Positions 10,501-25,099 of a stretch of DNA of 64,000 nt are shown here, one piece after another. The position numbers were made by a program, and so were the translations under genes. Location: assembly GCA_964016885.1 (NCBI GenBank), contig OZ024741.1:246512001-246576000 (forward strand), written 5' to 3'. The notes under the pieces were generated by a model. It had not been told where the DNA came from, ran no database searches, and saw nothing but the letters and a program-made list of their open reading frames with translations. This stretch comes from Eledone cirrhosa. Its lineage: Eukaryota. How positions within the stretch are numbered: the first letter of the stretch is position 1; the number at the start of each line of letters is the position of its first letter.

Positions 10501-13500
10501 ATTTTTTTTTACAAATTATCTCCCCCTGATTTTTTTTTACAAATTATCTCCCCCTGATTTTTTTACAAATTATCTCCCCTTGGCTGGCTGGAAATTATCT
10601 CCCCTTGGAGGCTGGAACTTATCTCCACTTGGACGGCTAGAAATTACCTCTCCTTGGACGGCTGGAAAATATGTCTCCTTGGACGGCTGGATATTATCTC
10701 CCCTTGGACGGCTGGAAATTATCTCCCCTTGGACGGCTGGAAATTATCTCCCCTTGGATGGCTAGATATTACCTCCCCTTGGACGGCTGGAAATTATCTT
10801 CCCTTGATTTTTTTTACAAATTATCTCCCCCTGATTTTTGTTTACAAATTATCTCCCCCTGATTTTTTTTTACAAATTATCTCCCCTTGGACGGCTGGAA
10901 ATTATCTCCCCTTGGACGGCTAGAAATTACCTCTCCTTGGACGGCTGAAAATTATCTCCCCTTGGACGGCTGGAAATTATCTCCCCTTGATTTTTTTACA
11001 AATTATCTCCCCGATTTTTTTTTACAAATTATCTACCCCTGATTTTTTTTACAAATTATCTCCCCCTGATTTTTTTTACAAATTATCTCCCCCTGATTTT
11101 TTTTTTACAAATTATCTCCCCCTGATTTTTTTACAAATTATCTCCCCCTGATTTTTTTACAAATTATCTCCGCCGGATTTTTTTAAATATTATCTTCCCT
11201 TGGCTTGCGGGAAATTATCTCCCCTTGGACGGCTGAAAATTATCTCCCCTTGGACGGCTGGAAATTATCTCCCCTTGATTTTTTTTACAAATTATCTCCC
11301 CCTGATTTTTTTTTACAAATTATCTCCCCCTGATTTTTTTTACAAATTATCTCCCCCTGATTTTTTTTTACAAATTATCTCCCCCTGATTTTTTTTACAA
11401 ATTATCTCCCCCTGATTTTTTTTACAAATTATCTCCCCCTGATTTTTTTTTACAAATTATCTCCCCCTGATTTTTTTACAAATTATCTCCCCCTGATTTT
11501 TTTTACAAATTATCTCCGCCTGATTTTTTAAAATATTATCTTCCCTTGGCTGGCGGGAAATTATCTCCCCTTGGACGGCTGGAAATTATCTGCCCTTGAT
11601 TTTCTTTTTACAAATTAACTTCCACTGATTTTTTTTACAAATTATCTCCACCTGATTTTTTTAAAAATTATCTCCCCTTGGAAGGCTGGAAATTATCTCC
11701 CCTTCATTTTTTCTACAAATTATCTCCCCCTGATTTTTTTTTACAAATTATCTCCCCCTGATTTTTTTTTACAAATTATCTCCCCCTGATTTTTTTTTAC
11801 AAATTATCTCCCCCTGATTTTTTTACAAATTATCTCCCCTTGGCTGGCTGGAAATTATCTCCCCTTGGAGGCTGGAACTTATCTCCCCTTGGACGGCTAG
11901 AAATTACCTCTCCTTGGACGGCTGGAAAATATGTCTCCTTGGACGGCTGGATATTATCTCCCCTTGGACGGCTGGAAATTATCTCCCCTTGGACGGCTGG
12001 AAATTATCTCCCCTTGGATGGCTAGATATTACCTCCCCTTGGACGGCTGGAAATTATCTCCCCTTGATTTTTTTTACAAATTATCTCCCCCTGATTTTTT
12101 TTTACAAACTATCTCCCCCTGATTTTTTTTTACAAATTATCTCCCCCTGATTTTTGTTTACAAATTATCTCCGCCTGATTTTTTTTAAAAAATTATCTCC
12201 CCTTGGACGGCTGGAAATTATCTCCCCTTGGACGGCTAGAAATTACCTCTCCTTGGACGGCTGAAAATTATCTCCCCTTGGACGGCTGGAAATTATCTCC
12301 CCTTGATTTTTTTTACAAATTATCTCCCCCTGATTTTTTTTTTACAAATTATCTCCCCCTGATTTTTTTTTACAAATTATCTACCCCTGATTTTTTTTTA
12401 CAAATTATCTCCCCCTGATTTTTTTTTACAAATTATCTACCCCTGATTTTTTTTACAAATTATCTCCCCCTGATTTTTTTTACAAATTATCTCCCCCTGA
12501 TTTTTTTTTTACAAATTATCTCCCCCTGATTTTTTTACAAATTATCTCCCCCTGATTTTTTTTACAAATTATCTCTGCCGGATTTTTTTAAATATTATCT
12601 TCCCTTGGCTTGCGGGAAATTATCTCCCCTTGGACGGCTGAAAATTATCTCCCCTTGGACGGCTGGAAATTATCTCCCCTTGATTTTTTTTACAAATTAT
12701 CTCCCCCTGATTTTTTTTTACAAATTATCTCCCCCTGATTTTTTTTACAAATTATCTCCCCCTGATTTTTTTTTACAAATTATCTCCCCCTGATTTTTTT
12801 TACAAATTATCTCCCCCTGATTTTTTTTACAAATTATCTCCCCCTGATTTTTTTTTACAAATTATCTCCCCCTGATTTTTTTACAAATTATCCCCCCCTG
12901 ATTTTTTTTACAAATTATCTCCGCCTGATTTTTTAAAATATTATCTTCCCTTGGCTGGCGGGAAATTATCTCCCCTTGGACGGCTGGAAATTATCTGCCC
13001 TTGATTTTCTTTTTACAAATTAACTTCCACTGATTTTTTTTACAAATTATCTCCACCTGATTTTTTTAAAAATTATCTCCCCTTGGAAGGCTGGAAATTA
13101 TCTCCCCTTGGCTGGAAATTATCTCCCCTTGGACGGCTAGAAATTATCTCTCTTTGGACGGCTGGAAATTATCACCCCTTGAGTTTTTTACAAATTATCT
13201 CCCCCTGATTTTTTTTACAAATCTCCCAGTGATTTTTAAAAAAAAATTATCTTCCCTTCGCTGGCTGGAAATTATCTCCCCTTGGACGCTGGAAATTATA
13301 GCCCCTTGGAGGGCTGGAAATTATCTTCCCTTGGACGGCTGGAAATTATCTCCCCTTGATTTTTTTTACAAATTATCTCCCCCTGATTTTTTTTACAAAT
13401 TATCTCCCCCTGATTTTTTTTACAAATTATCTACCCCTGATTTTTTTTTACAAATTATCTCCCCCTGATTTTTTTACAAATTATCTCCCCTTGGCTGGCT

Positions 13501-16500
13501 GGAAATTATCTCCCCTTGGAGGCTGGAACTTATCTCCCCTTGGACGGCTAGAAATTACCTCTCCTTGGACGGCTGGAAAATATGTCTCCTTGGACGGCTG
13601 GATATTATCTCCCCTTGGACGGCTGGAAATTATCTCCCCTTGGACGGCTGGAAATTATCTCCCCTTGGATGGCTAGATATTACCTCCCCTTGGACGGCTG
13701 GAAATTATCTCCCCTTGATTTTTTTTACAAATTATCTCCCCCTGATTTTTTTTTACAAATTATCTCCCCCTGATTTTTTTTTACAAATTATCTCCCCCTG
13801 ATTTTTGTTTACAAATTATCTCCGCCTGATTTTTTTTTTTAAATTATCTCCCCTTGGACCGCTGGAAATTATCTCCCCTTGGACGGCTAGAAATTACCTC
13901 TCCTTGGACGGCTGAAAATTATCTCCCCTTGGACGGCTGGAAATTATCTCCCCTTGATTTTTTTTACAAATTATCTCCCCCTGATTTTTTTTTACAAATT
14001 ATCTCCCCCTGATTTTTTTTACAAATTATCTCCCCCTGATTTTTTTTTACAAATTATCTCCCCCTGATTTTTTTTACAAATTATCTCCCCCTGATTTTTT
14101 TTACAAATTATCTCCCCCTGATTTTTTTTACAAATTATCTCCCCCTGATTTTTTTACAAATTATCTCCCCCTGATTTTTTTTACAAATTATCTCCGCCTG
14201 ATTTTTAAAAATATTATCTTCCCTTGGCTGGCGGGAAATTATCTCCCCTTGGACGGCTGGAAATTATCTGCCCTTGATTTTCTTTTTACAAATTAACTTC
14301 CACTGATTTTTTTTACAAATTATCTCCACCTGATTTTTTTAAAAATTATCTCCCCTTGGAAGGCTGGAAATTATCTCCCCTTGGCTGGAAATTATCTCCC
14401 CTTGGACGGCTAGAAATTATCTCTCTTTGGACGGCTGGAAATTATCACCCCTTGAGTTTTTTACAAATTATCTCCCCCTGATTTTTTTTACAAATCTCCC
14501 AGTGATTTTTAAAAAAAAATTATCTTCCCTTCGCTGGCTGGAAATTATCTCCCCTTGGACGCTGGAAATTATAGCCCCTTGGAGGGCTGGAAATTATCTT
14601 CCCTTGGACGGCTGGAAATTATCTCCCCTTGATTTTTTTTACAAATTATCTCCCCCTGATTTTTTTTTACAAATTATCTCCCCCTGATTTTTTTTTACAA
14701 CTTATCTGCGCCTGATTTTTTTTAAAAAATTATCTCCCCTTGGACGGCTGGAAATTATCTCCCCTTGGACGGCTGGAAATTATCTCTCCTTGGACGGCTA
14801 GAATTTACCTCTCCTTGGACGGCTGAAAATTATCTCCCCTTGGACGGCTGGAAATTATCTCCCCTTGATTTTTTTTACAAATTATCTCCCCCTGATTTTT
14901 TTTTACAAATTATCTCCCCCTGATTTTTTTTACAAATTATCTCCCCCTGATTTTTTTTACAAATTATCTCCCCCTGATTTTTTTTTACAAATTATCTCCC
15001 CCGGATTTTTTTTTTACAAATTATCTTCGCCTGATTTTTTTTTTAAAATTACCTCCCCTTGGACGGCTGGAAATTATCTCCCCTTGGACGGCTGGAAATT
15101 ATCTCCCCTTGGACGGCTAGAAATTATCTCTCCTTGGACGGCTGAAAATTATCTCCCCTTGGACGGCTGCAAATTATCTCCCCTTGATTTTTTTTACAAA
15201 TTATCTCCCCCTGATTTTTTTTACAAATTATCTCCCCCTGATTTTTTTTACAAATTATCTACCCCTGATTTTTTTTACAAATTATCTCCCCCTGATTTTT
15301 TTTTACAAATTATCTCCCCCTGATTTCTTTTTACAAATTATCTCCCCCTGATTTTTTTTTTACAAATTATCTCCCCCTGATTTTTTTACAAAGTATCTCC
15401 CCCTGATTTTTTTTACAATCTCCGCCTGATTTTTTTTAAAATTATCTTCCCTTGACTGGCGGGAAATTATCTCCCCTTGGACGGCTGGAAATTATCTCCC
15501 CTTGGAAGGATGGAAATTATCTCCCCTTGGACGGCTGGAAATTATCTCCCCTTGCACGGCTGGAAATTATCTCCCCTTGGCTGGAAATTATCTCCCCTTG
15601 GACGGCTAGAAATTATCTCTCTTTGGACGGCTGGAAATTATCTCCCTTTGATTTTTTTTACAAATTATCTCCCTCTGATTTTTTTTACAAATCTCCCCCT
15701 GATTTTTTTAAAAAAATTATCTCCCCTTCGCTGGCTGGAAATTATCTTCCCTTGGACGGCTGGAAATTATCTCCCCTTGATTTTTTTTACAAATTATCTC
15801 CGCCTGATTTTTTTTTTAAATTATCTCTCCTTGGACGGCTGGAAATTATCTCCCCTTGATTTTTTTTACAAATAATCTCCCCCTGATTTTTTTTTATAAA
15901 TTATCTCCCCCTGATTTTTTTTTACAAATTATCTACCCCTGATTTTTTTTTACAAATTATCTCCCCCTGATTTTTTTTACAAATTATCTCCCCCTGATTT
16001 TTCTTTTACAAATTATCTCCCCCTGATTTTTTTACAAATTATCTCCCCCTGATTTTTTTACAAATTGTCTCCGCCTGATTTTTTTAAATATTATCTTCCC
16101 TTGGCTGGCGGGAAATTACCTCCCCTTGGACGGCTGGAAATTATCTGCCCTTGATTTTCTTTTTACAAATTATCTTCCACTGATTTTTTTTACAAATTAT
16201 CTCCACCTGATTTTTTAAAAAATTATCTCCCCTTGGAAGGCTGGAAATTATCTCCCCTTGGACGGCTAGAAATTATCTCTCTTTGGACGGCTGGAAATTA
16301 TCACCCCTTGAGTTTTTTACAAATTATCTCCCCCTGATTTTTTTTACAAATCTCCCAGTGATTTTTTAAAAAAAATTATCTCCCCTTCGCTGGCTGGAAA
16401 TTATCTCCCCTTGGACGCTGGAAATTATAGCCCTTTGGAGGGCTGGAAATTATCTTCCCTTGGACGGCTGGAAATTATCTCCCCTTGATTTTTTTTACAA

Positions 16501-18400
16501 ATTATCTCCCCCTGATTTTTTTTTACAAATTATCTCCCCCTGATGTTTTTTTACAACTTATCTGCGCCTGATTTTTTTAAAAAAATTATCTCCCCTTGGA
16601 CGGCTGGAAATTATCTCCCCTTGGACGGCTGGAAATTATCTCTCCTTGGACGGCTAGAATTTACCTCTCCTTGGACGGCTGAAAATTATCTCCCCTTGAA
16701 CGGCTGGAAATTATCTCCCCTTGATTTTTTTTACAAATTATCTCCCCCTTTTTTTTTTTACAAATTATCTCCCCCTGATTTTTTTTTACAAATTATCTCC
16801 CCCTGATTTTTTTTTACAAATTATCTCCCCCTGATTTTTTTTACAAATTATCTCCCCCCTGATTTTTTTACAAATTATCTCCCCTTGGCTGGTTGGAAAT
16901 TATCTCCCCTTGGAGGCTGGAACTTATCTCCCCTTGGACGGCTAGAAATTACCTCTCCTTGGACGGCTGGAAAATATGTCTCCTTGGACGGCTGGATATT
17001 ATCTCCCCTTGGACGGCTGGAAATTATCTCCCCTTGGACGGCTGGAAATTATATCTCCTTGGACGGCTAGAATTTACCTCTCCTTGGACGGCTGAAAATT
17101 ATCTCCCCTTGGACGGCTGGAAATTATCTCCCCTTGATTTTTTTTACAAATTATCTCCCCCTGATTTTTTTTTACAAATTATCTCCCCCTGATTTTTTTT
17201 TACAAATTATCTCCCCCTGATTTTTTTTTACAAATTATCTCCCCCTGATTTTTTTACAAATTATCTCCCCTTGGCTGGCTGGAAATTATCTCCCCTTGGA
17301 GGCTGGAACTTATCTCCACTTGGACGGCTAGAAATTACCTCTCCTTGGACGGCTGGAAAATATGTCTCCTTGGACGGCTGGATATTATCTCCCCTTGGAC
17401 GGCTGGAAATTATCTCCCCTTGGACGGCTGGAAATTATCTCCCCTTGGATGGCTAGATATTACCTCCCCTTGGACGGCTGGAAATTATCTTCCCTTGATT
17501 TTTTTTACAAATTATCTCCCCCTGATTTTTGTTTACAAATTATCTCCCCCTGATTTTTTTTTACAAATTATCTCCCCTTGGACGGCTGGAAATTATCTCC
17601 CCTTGGACGGCTAGAAATTACCTCTCCTTGGACGGCTGAAAATTATCTCCCCTTGGACGGCTGGAAATTATCTCCCCTTGATTTTTTTACAAATTATCTC
17701 CCCCTGATTTTTTTTTTACAAATTATCTCCCCCTGATTTTTTTTTACAAATTATCTACCCCTGATTTTTTTTTACAAATTATCTCCCCGATTTTTTTTTA
17801 CAAATTATCTAACCCTGATTTTTTTTACAAATTATCTCCCCCTGATTTTTTTTACAAACTATCTCCCCCTGATTTTTTTTTTACAAATTATCTCCCCCTG
17901 ATTTTTTTACAAATTATCTCCCCCTGATTTTTTTACAAATTATCTCCGCCGGATTTTTTTAAATATTATCTTCCCTTGGCTTGCGGGAAATTATCTCCCC
18001 TTGGACGGCTGAAAATTATCTCCCCTTGGACGGCTGGAAATTATCTCCCCTTGATTTTTTTTACAAATTATCTCCCCCTGATTTTTTTTTACAAATTATC
18101 TCCCCCTGATTTTTTTTACAAATTATCTCCCCCTGATTTTTTTTTACAAATTATCTCCCCCTGATTTTTTTTACAAATTATCTCCCCCTGATTTTTTTTA
18201 CAAATTATCTCCCCCTGATTTTTTTTTACAAATTATCTCCCCCTGATTTTTTTACAAATTATCTCCCCCTGATTTTTTTTACAAATTATCTCCGCCTGAT
18301 TTTTTAAAATATTATCTTCCCTTGGCTGGCGGGAAATTATCTCCCCTTGGACGGCTGGAAATTATCTGCCCTTGATTTTCTTTTTACAAATTAACTTCCA
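7550..18400 (+). repeat. Duplicated block of about 4.1 kb (~7.55-11.65 kb vs ~14.25-18.4 kb), offset about 6.69 kb
   Basis: Offsets 7733/14427, 8759/15452, 9851/16543, 10194/16885 and 10580/17271. Private markers ATCTCCACTT (10621/17312) and CTGATGTTTT (~9848/~16540). Confidence 0.88.
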
Positions 18401-21400
18401 CTGATTTTTTTTACAAATTATCTCCACCTGATTTTTTTAAAAATTATCTCCCCTTGGAAGGCTGGAAATTATCTCCCCTTGGCTGGAAATTATCTCCCCT
18501 TGGACGGCTAGAAATTATCTCTCTTTGGACGGCTGGAAATTATCACCCCTTGAGTTTTTTACAAATTATCTCCCCCTGATTTTTTTTACAAATCTCCCAG
18601 TGATTTTTAAAAAAAAATTATCTTCCCTTCGCTGGCTGGAAATTATCTCCCCTTGGACGCTGGAAATTATAGCCCCTTGGAGGGCTGGAAATTATCTTCC
18701 CTTGGACGGCTGGAAATTATCTCCCCTTGATTTTTTTTACAAATTATCTCCCCCTGATTTTTTTTTACAAATTATCTCCCCCTGATTTTTTTTTACAACT
18801 TATCTGCGCCTGATTTTTTTAAAAAAATTATCTCCCCTTGGACGGCTGGAAATTATCTCCCCTTGGACGGCTGGAAATTATCTCTCCTTGGACGGCTAGA
18901 ATTTACCTCTCCTTGGACGGCTGAAAATTATCTCCCCTTGGACGGCTGGAAATTATCTCCCCTTGATTTTTTTTACAAATTATCTCCCCCTGATTTTTTT
19001 TTACAAATTATCTCCCCCTGATTTTTTTTTACAAATTATCTCCCCCTGATTTTTTTTTACAAATTATCTCCCCCTGATTTTTTTTTACAAATTATCTCCC
19101 CCTGATTTTTTTTTACAAATTATCTCCCCCTGATTTTTTTTTACAAATTATCTCCCCCTGATTTTTTTTTACAAATTATCTCCGCCTGATTTTTTTTTTT
19201 AAAATTACCTCCCCTTGGACGGCTGGAAATTATCTCCCCTTGGACGGCTGGAAATTATCTCCCCTTGGACGGCTAGAAATTATCTCTCCTTGGACGGCTG
19301 AAAATTATCTCCCCTTGGACGGCTGCAAATTATCTCCCCTCGATTTTTTTTACAAATTATCTCCCCCTGATTTTTTTTACAAATTATCTCCCCCTGATTT
19401 TTTTTACAAATTATCTACCCCTGATTTTTTTTACAAATTATCTCCCCCTGATTTTTTTTTACAAATTATCTCCCCCTGATTTTTTTTTACAAATTATCTC
19501 CCCCTGATTTTTCTTTTACAAATTATCTCCCCCTGATTTTTTTACAAAGTATCTCCCCCTGATTTTTTTTACAATCTCCGCCTGATTTTTTTAAAAATTA
19601 TCTTCCCTTGGCTGGCGGGAAATTATCTCCCCTTGGACGGCTGGAAATTATCTCCCCTTGGAAGGATGGAAATTATCTACCCTTGGACGGCTGGAAATTA
19701 TCTCCCCTTGCACGGCTGGAAATTATCTCCCCTTGGACGGATAGATATTACCTCCCCTTGGACGGCTGGAAATTATCTCCCCTTGATTTTTTTACAAATT
19801 ATCTCCCCCTGATTTATTTTACAAATCTCCCAATGATTTTTAAAAAAAAATTATCTCCCCTTCGCTGGCTGGAAATTATCTCCCCTTGGACGCTGGAAAT
19901 TATAGCCCCTTGGAGGGCTGGAAATTATCTTCCCTTGGACGGCTGGAAATTATCTCCCCTTGATTTTTTTTACAAATTATCTCCCCCTGATTTTTTTTAC
20001 AAATTATCTCCCCCTGATTTTTTTTACAAATTATCTACCCCTGATTTTTTTTACAAATTATCTCCCCCTGATTTTTTTTTACAAATTATCTCCCCCTGAT
20101 TTTTTTTTACAAATTATCTCCCCCTGATTTTTTTACAAATTATCTCCCCCTGATTTTTTTTACAATCTCCGCCTGATTTTTTTAAAAATTATCTTCCCTT
20201 GGCTGGCTGGAAATTATCTCCCCTTGGACACTGGAAATTATAGCCCCTTGGAGGGCTGGAAATTATCTTCCCTTGGACGGCTGGAAATTATCTCCCCTTG
20301 ATTTTTTTTACAAATTATCTCCGCCTGATTTTTTTTTACAAATTATCTCCCCCTGATTTTTTTTTACAAATTATCTACCCCTGATTTTTTTTTACAAATT
20401 ATCTCCCCCTGATTTTTTTTACAAATTATCTCCCCCTGATTTTTCTTTTACAAATTATCTCCCCCTGATTTTTTTACAAATTATCTCCCCCTGATTTTTT
20501 TTACAAATTATCTCCGCCTGATTTTTTTAAATATTATCTTCCCTTGGCTGGCGGGAAATTATCTCCCCTTGGACGGCTGGAAATTATCTGCCCTTGATTT
20601 TCTTTTTACAAATTATCTTCCACTGATTTTTTTTACAAATTATCTCCACCTGATTTTTTAAAAAATTATCTCCCCTTGGAAGGCTGGAAATTATCTCCCC
20701 TTGGACGGCTGGAAATTATCTCCCCTTGGACGGCTAGAAATTATCTCTCCTTGGACGGCTGAAAATTATCTCCCCTTGGACGGCTGCAAATTATCTCCCC
20801 TTGATTTTTTTTACAAATTATCTCCCCCTGATTTTTTTTACAAATTATCTCCCCCTGATTTTTTTTACAAATTATCTACCCCTGATTTTTTTTACAAATT
20901 ATCTCTCCCTGATTTTTTTTACAAATTATCTCCCCCTGATTTTTTTTTACAAATTATCTCCCCCTGATTTTTTTTTACAAATTATCTCCCCCTGATTTTT
21001 TTTTTACAAATTATCTCCCCCTGATTTTTTTACAAATTATCTCCCCCTGATTTTTTTTACAATCTCCGCCTGATTTTTTTAAAGATTATCTTCCCTTGGC
21101 TGGCGGGAAATTATCTCCCCTTGGACGGCTGGAAATTATCTCCCCTTGGAAGGATGGAAATTATCTCCCCTGGGACGGCTGGAAATTATCTCCCCTTGCA
21201 CGGCTGGAAATTATCTCCCCTTGGCTGGAAATTATCTCCCCTTGGACGGCTAGAAATTATCTCTCTTTGGACGGCTGGTAATTATCTCCCTTTGATTTTT
21301 TTTACAAATTATCTCCCTCTGATTTTTTTTACAAATCTCCCCCTGATTTTTTTAAAAAAATTATCTCCCCTTCGCTGGCTGGAAATTATCTTCCCTTGGA

Positions 21401-24400
21401 CGGCTGGAAATTATCTCCCCTTGATTTTTTTTACAAATTATCTCCGCCTGATTTTTTTTTTAAATTATCTCTCCTTGGACGGCTGGAAATTATCTCCCCT
21501 TGATTCTTTTTACAAATAATCTCCCCCTGATTTTTTTTTATAAATTATCTCCCCCTGATTTTTTTTTACAAATTATCTACCCCTGATTTTTTTTTACAAA
21601 TTATCTCCCCCTGATTTTTTTTACAAATTATCTCCCCCTGATTTTTCTTTTACAAATTATCTCCCCCTGATTTTTTTACAAATTATCTCCCCCTGATTTT
21701 TTTTACAAATTGTCTCCGCCTGATTTTTTTAAATATTATCTTCCCTTGGCTGGCGGGAAATTACCTCCCCTTGGACGGCTGGAAATTATCTGCCCTTGAT
21801 TTTCTTTTTACAAATTATCTTCCACTGATTTTTTTTACAAATTATCTCCACCTGATTTTTTAAAAAATTATCTCCCCTTGGAAGGCTGGAAATTATCTCC
21901 CCTTGGCTGGAAATTATCTCCCCTTGGACGGCTAGAAATTATCTCTCTTTGGACGGCTGGAAATTATCACCCCTTGAGTTTTTTACAAATTATCTCCCCC
22001 TGATTTTTTTTACAAATCTCCCAGTGATTTTTTAAAAAAAATTATCTCCCCTTCGCTGGCTGGAAATTATCTCCCCTTGGACGCTGGAAATTATAGCCCC
22101 TTGGAGGGCTGGAAATTATCTTCCCTTGGACGGCTGGAAATTATCTCCCCTTGATTTTTTTTACAAATTATCTCCCCCTGATTTTTTTTTACAAATTATC
22201 TCCCCCTGATGTTTTTTTACAACTTATCTGCGCCTGATTTTTTTAAAAAAATTATCTCCCCTTGGACGGCTGGAAATTATCTCCCCTTGGACGGCTGGAA
22301 ATTATCTCTCCTTGGACGGCTAGAATTTACCTCTCCTTGGACGGCTGAAAATTATCTCCCCTTGGACGGCTGGAAATTATCTGCCCTTGATTTTTTTTAC
22401 AAATTATCTCCCCCTTTTTTTTTTTTACAAATTATCTCCCCCTGATTTTTTTTTACAAATTATCTCCCCCTGATTTTTTTTTACAAATTATCTCCCCCTG
22501 ATTTTTTTTACAAATTATCTCCCCCCTGATTTTTTTACAAATTATCTCCCCTTGGCTGGTTGGAAATTATCTCCCCTTGGAGGCTGGAACTTATCTCCCC
22601 TTGGACGGCTAGAAATTACCTCTCCTTGGACGGCTGGAAAATATGTCTCCTTGGACGGCTGGATATTATCTCCCCTTGGACGGCTGGAAATTATCTCCCC
22701 TTGGTCGGCTGGAAATTATCTCCCCTTGGATGGCTAGATATTACCTCCCCTTGGACGGCTGGAAATTATCTCCCCTTGATTTTTTTAACAAATTATCTCC
22801 ACCTGATTTTTTTTTACAAATTATCTCCCCCTGATTTTTTTTAAAAAATTATCTCCCCCTGATTTTTGTTTACAAATTATCTCCGCCTGATTTTTTTTAA
22901 CAAATTATCTCCCCTTGGACGGCTGGAAATTATCTCCCCTTGGACGGCTGGAAATTATATCTCCTTGGACGGCTAGAATTTACCTCTCCTTGGACGGCTG
23001 AAAATTATCTCCCCTTGGACGGCTGGAAATTATCTCCCCTTGATTTTTTCTACAAATTATCTCCCCCTGATTTTTTTTTACAAATTATCTCCCCCTGATT
23101 TTTTTTTACAAATTATCTCCCCCTGATTTTTTTTTACAAATTATCTCCCCCTGATTTTTTTACAAATTATCTCCCCTTGGCTGGCTGGAAATTATCTCCC
23201 CTTGGAGGCTGGAACTTATCTCCCCTTGGACGGCTAGAAATTACCTCTCCTTGGACGGCTGGAAAATATGTCTCCTTGGACGGCTGGATATTATCTCCCC
23301 TTGGACGGCTGGAAATTATCTCCCCTTGGACGGCTGGAAATTATCTCCCCTTGGATGGCTAGATATTACCTCCCCTTGGACGGCTGGAAATTATCTCCCC
23401 TTGATTTTTTTTACAAATTATCTCCCCCTGATTTTTTTTTACAAACTATCTCCCCCTGATTTTTTTTTACAAATTATCTCCCCCTGATTTTTGTTTACAA
23501 ATTATCTCCGCCTGATTTTTTTTTAAAAATTATCTCCCCTTGGACGGCTGGAAATTATCTCCCCTTGGACGGCTAGAAATTACCTCTCCTTGGACGGCTG
23601 AAAATTATCTCCCCTTGGACGGCTGGAAATTATCTCCCCTTGATTTTTTTACAAATTATCTCCCCCTGATTTTTTTTTTACAAATTATCTCCCCCTGATT
23701 TTTTTTTACAAATTATCTACCCCTGATTTTTTTTTACAAATTATCTCCCCCTGATTTTTTTTTACAAATTATCTACCCCTGATTTTTTTTACAAATTATC
23801 TCCCCCTGATTTTTTTTTTACAAATTATCTCCCCCTGATTTTTTTACAAATTATCTCCCCCTGATTTTTTTTACAAATTATCTCCGCCGGATTTTTTTAA
23901 ATATTATCTTCCCTTGGCTTGCGGGAAATTATCTCCCCTTGGACGGCTGAAAATTATCTCCCCTTGGACGGCTGGAAATTATCTCCCCTTGATTTTTTTT
24001 ACAAATTATCTCCCCCTGATTTTTTTTTACAAATTATCTCCCCCTGATTTTTTTTACAAATTATCTCCCCCTGATTTTTTTTTACAAATTATCTCCCCCT
24101 GATTTTTTTTACAAATTATCTCCCCCTGATTTTTTTTACAAATTATCTCCCCCTGATTTTTTTTTACAAATTATCTCCCCCTGATTTTTTTACAAATTAT
24201 CCCCCCCTGATTTTTTTTACAAATTATCTCCGCCTGATTTTTTAAAATATTATCTTCCCTTGGCTGGCGGGAAATTATCTCCCCTTGGACGGCTGGAAAT
24301 TATCTGCCCTTGATTTTCTTTTTACAAATTAACTTCCACTGATTTTTTTTACAAATTATCTCCACCTGATTTTTTTAAAAATTATCTCCCCTTGGAAGGC

Positions 24401-25099
24401 TGGAAATCATCTCCCCTTGGCTGGAAATTATCTCCCCTTGGACGGCTAGAAATTATCTCTCTTTGGACGGCTGGAAATTATCACCCCTTGAGTTTTTTAC
24501 AAATTATCTCCCCCTGATTTTTTTTACAAATCTCCCAGTGATTTTTAAAAAAAAATTATCTTCCCTTCGCTGGCTCGAAATTATCTCCCCTTGGACGCTG
24601 GAAATTATAGCCCCTTGGAGGGCTGGAAATTATCTTCCCTTGGACGGCTGGAAATTATCTCCCCTTGATTTTTTTTACAAATTATCTCCCCCTGATTTTT
24701 TTTTACAAATTATCTCCCCCTGATTTTTTTTACAAATTATCTCCGCCGGATTTTTTTAAATATTATCTTCCCTTGGCTTGCGGGAAATTATCTCCCCTTG
24801 GACGGCTGAAAATTATCTCCCCTTGGACGGCTGGAAATTATCTCCCCTTGATTTTTTTTACAAATTATCTCCCCCTGATTTTTTTTTACAAATTATCTCC
24901 CCCTGATTTTTTTTACAAATTATCTCCCCCTGATTCTTTTTACAAATTATCTCCCCCTGATTTTTTTTACAAATTATCTCCCCCTGATTTTTTTTACAAA
25001 TTATCTCCCCCTGATTTTTTTTTACAAATTATCTCCCCCTGATTTTTTTACAAATTATCCCCCCCTGCTTTTTTTTACAAATTATCTCCGCCTGATTTT

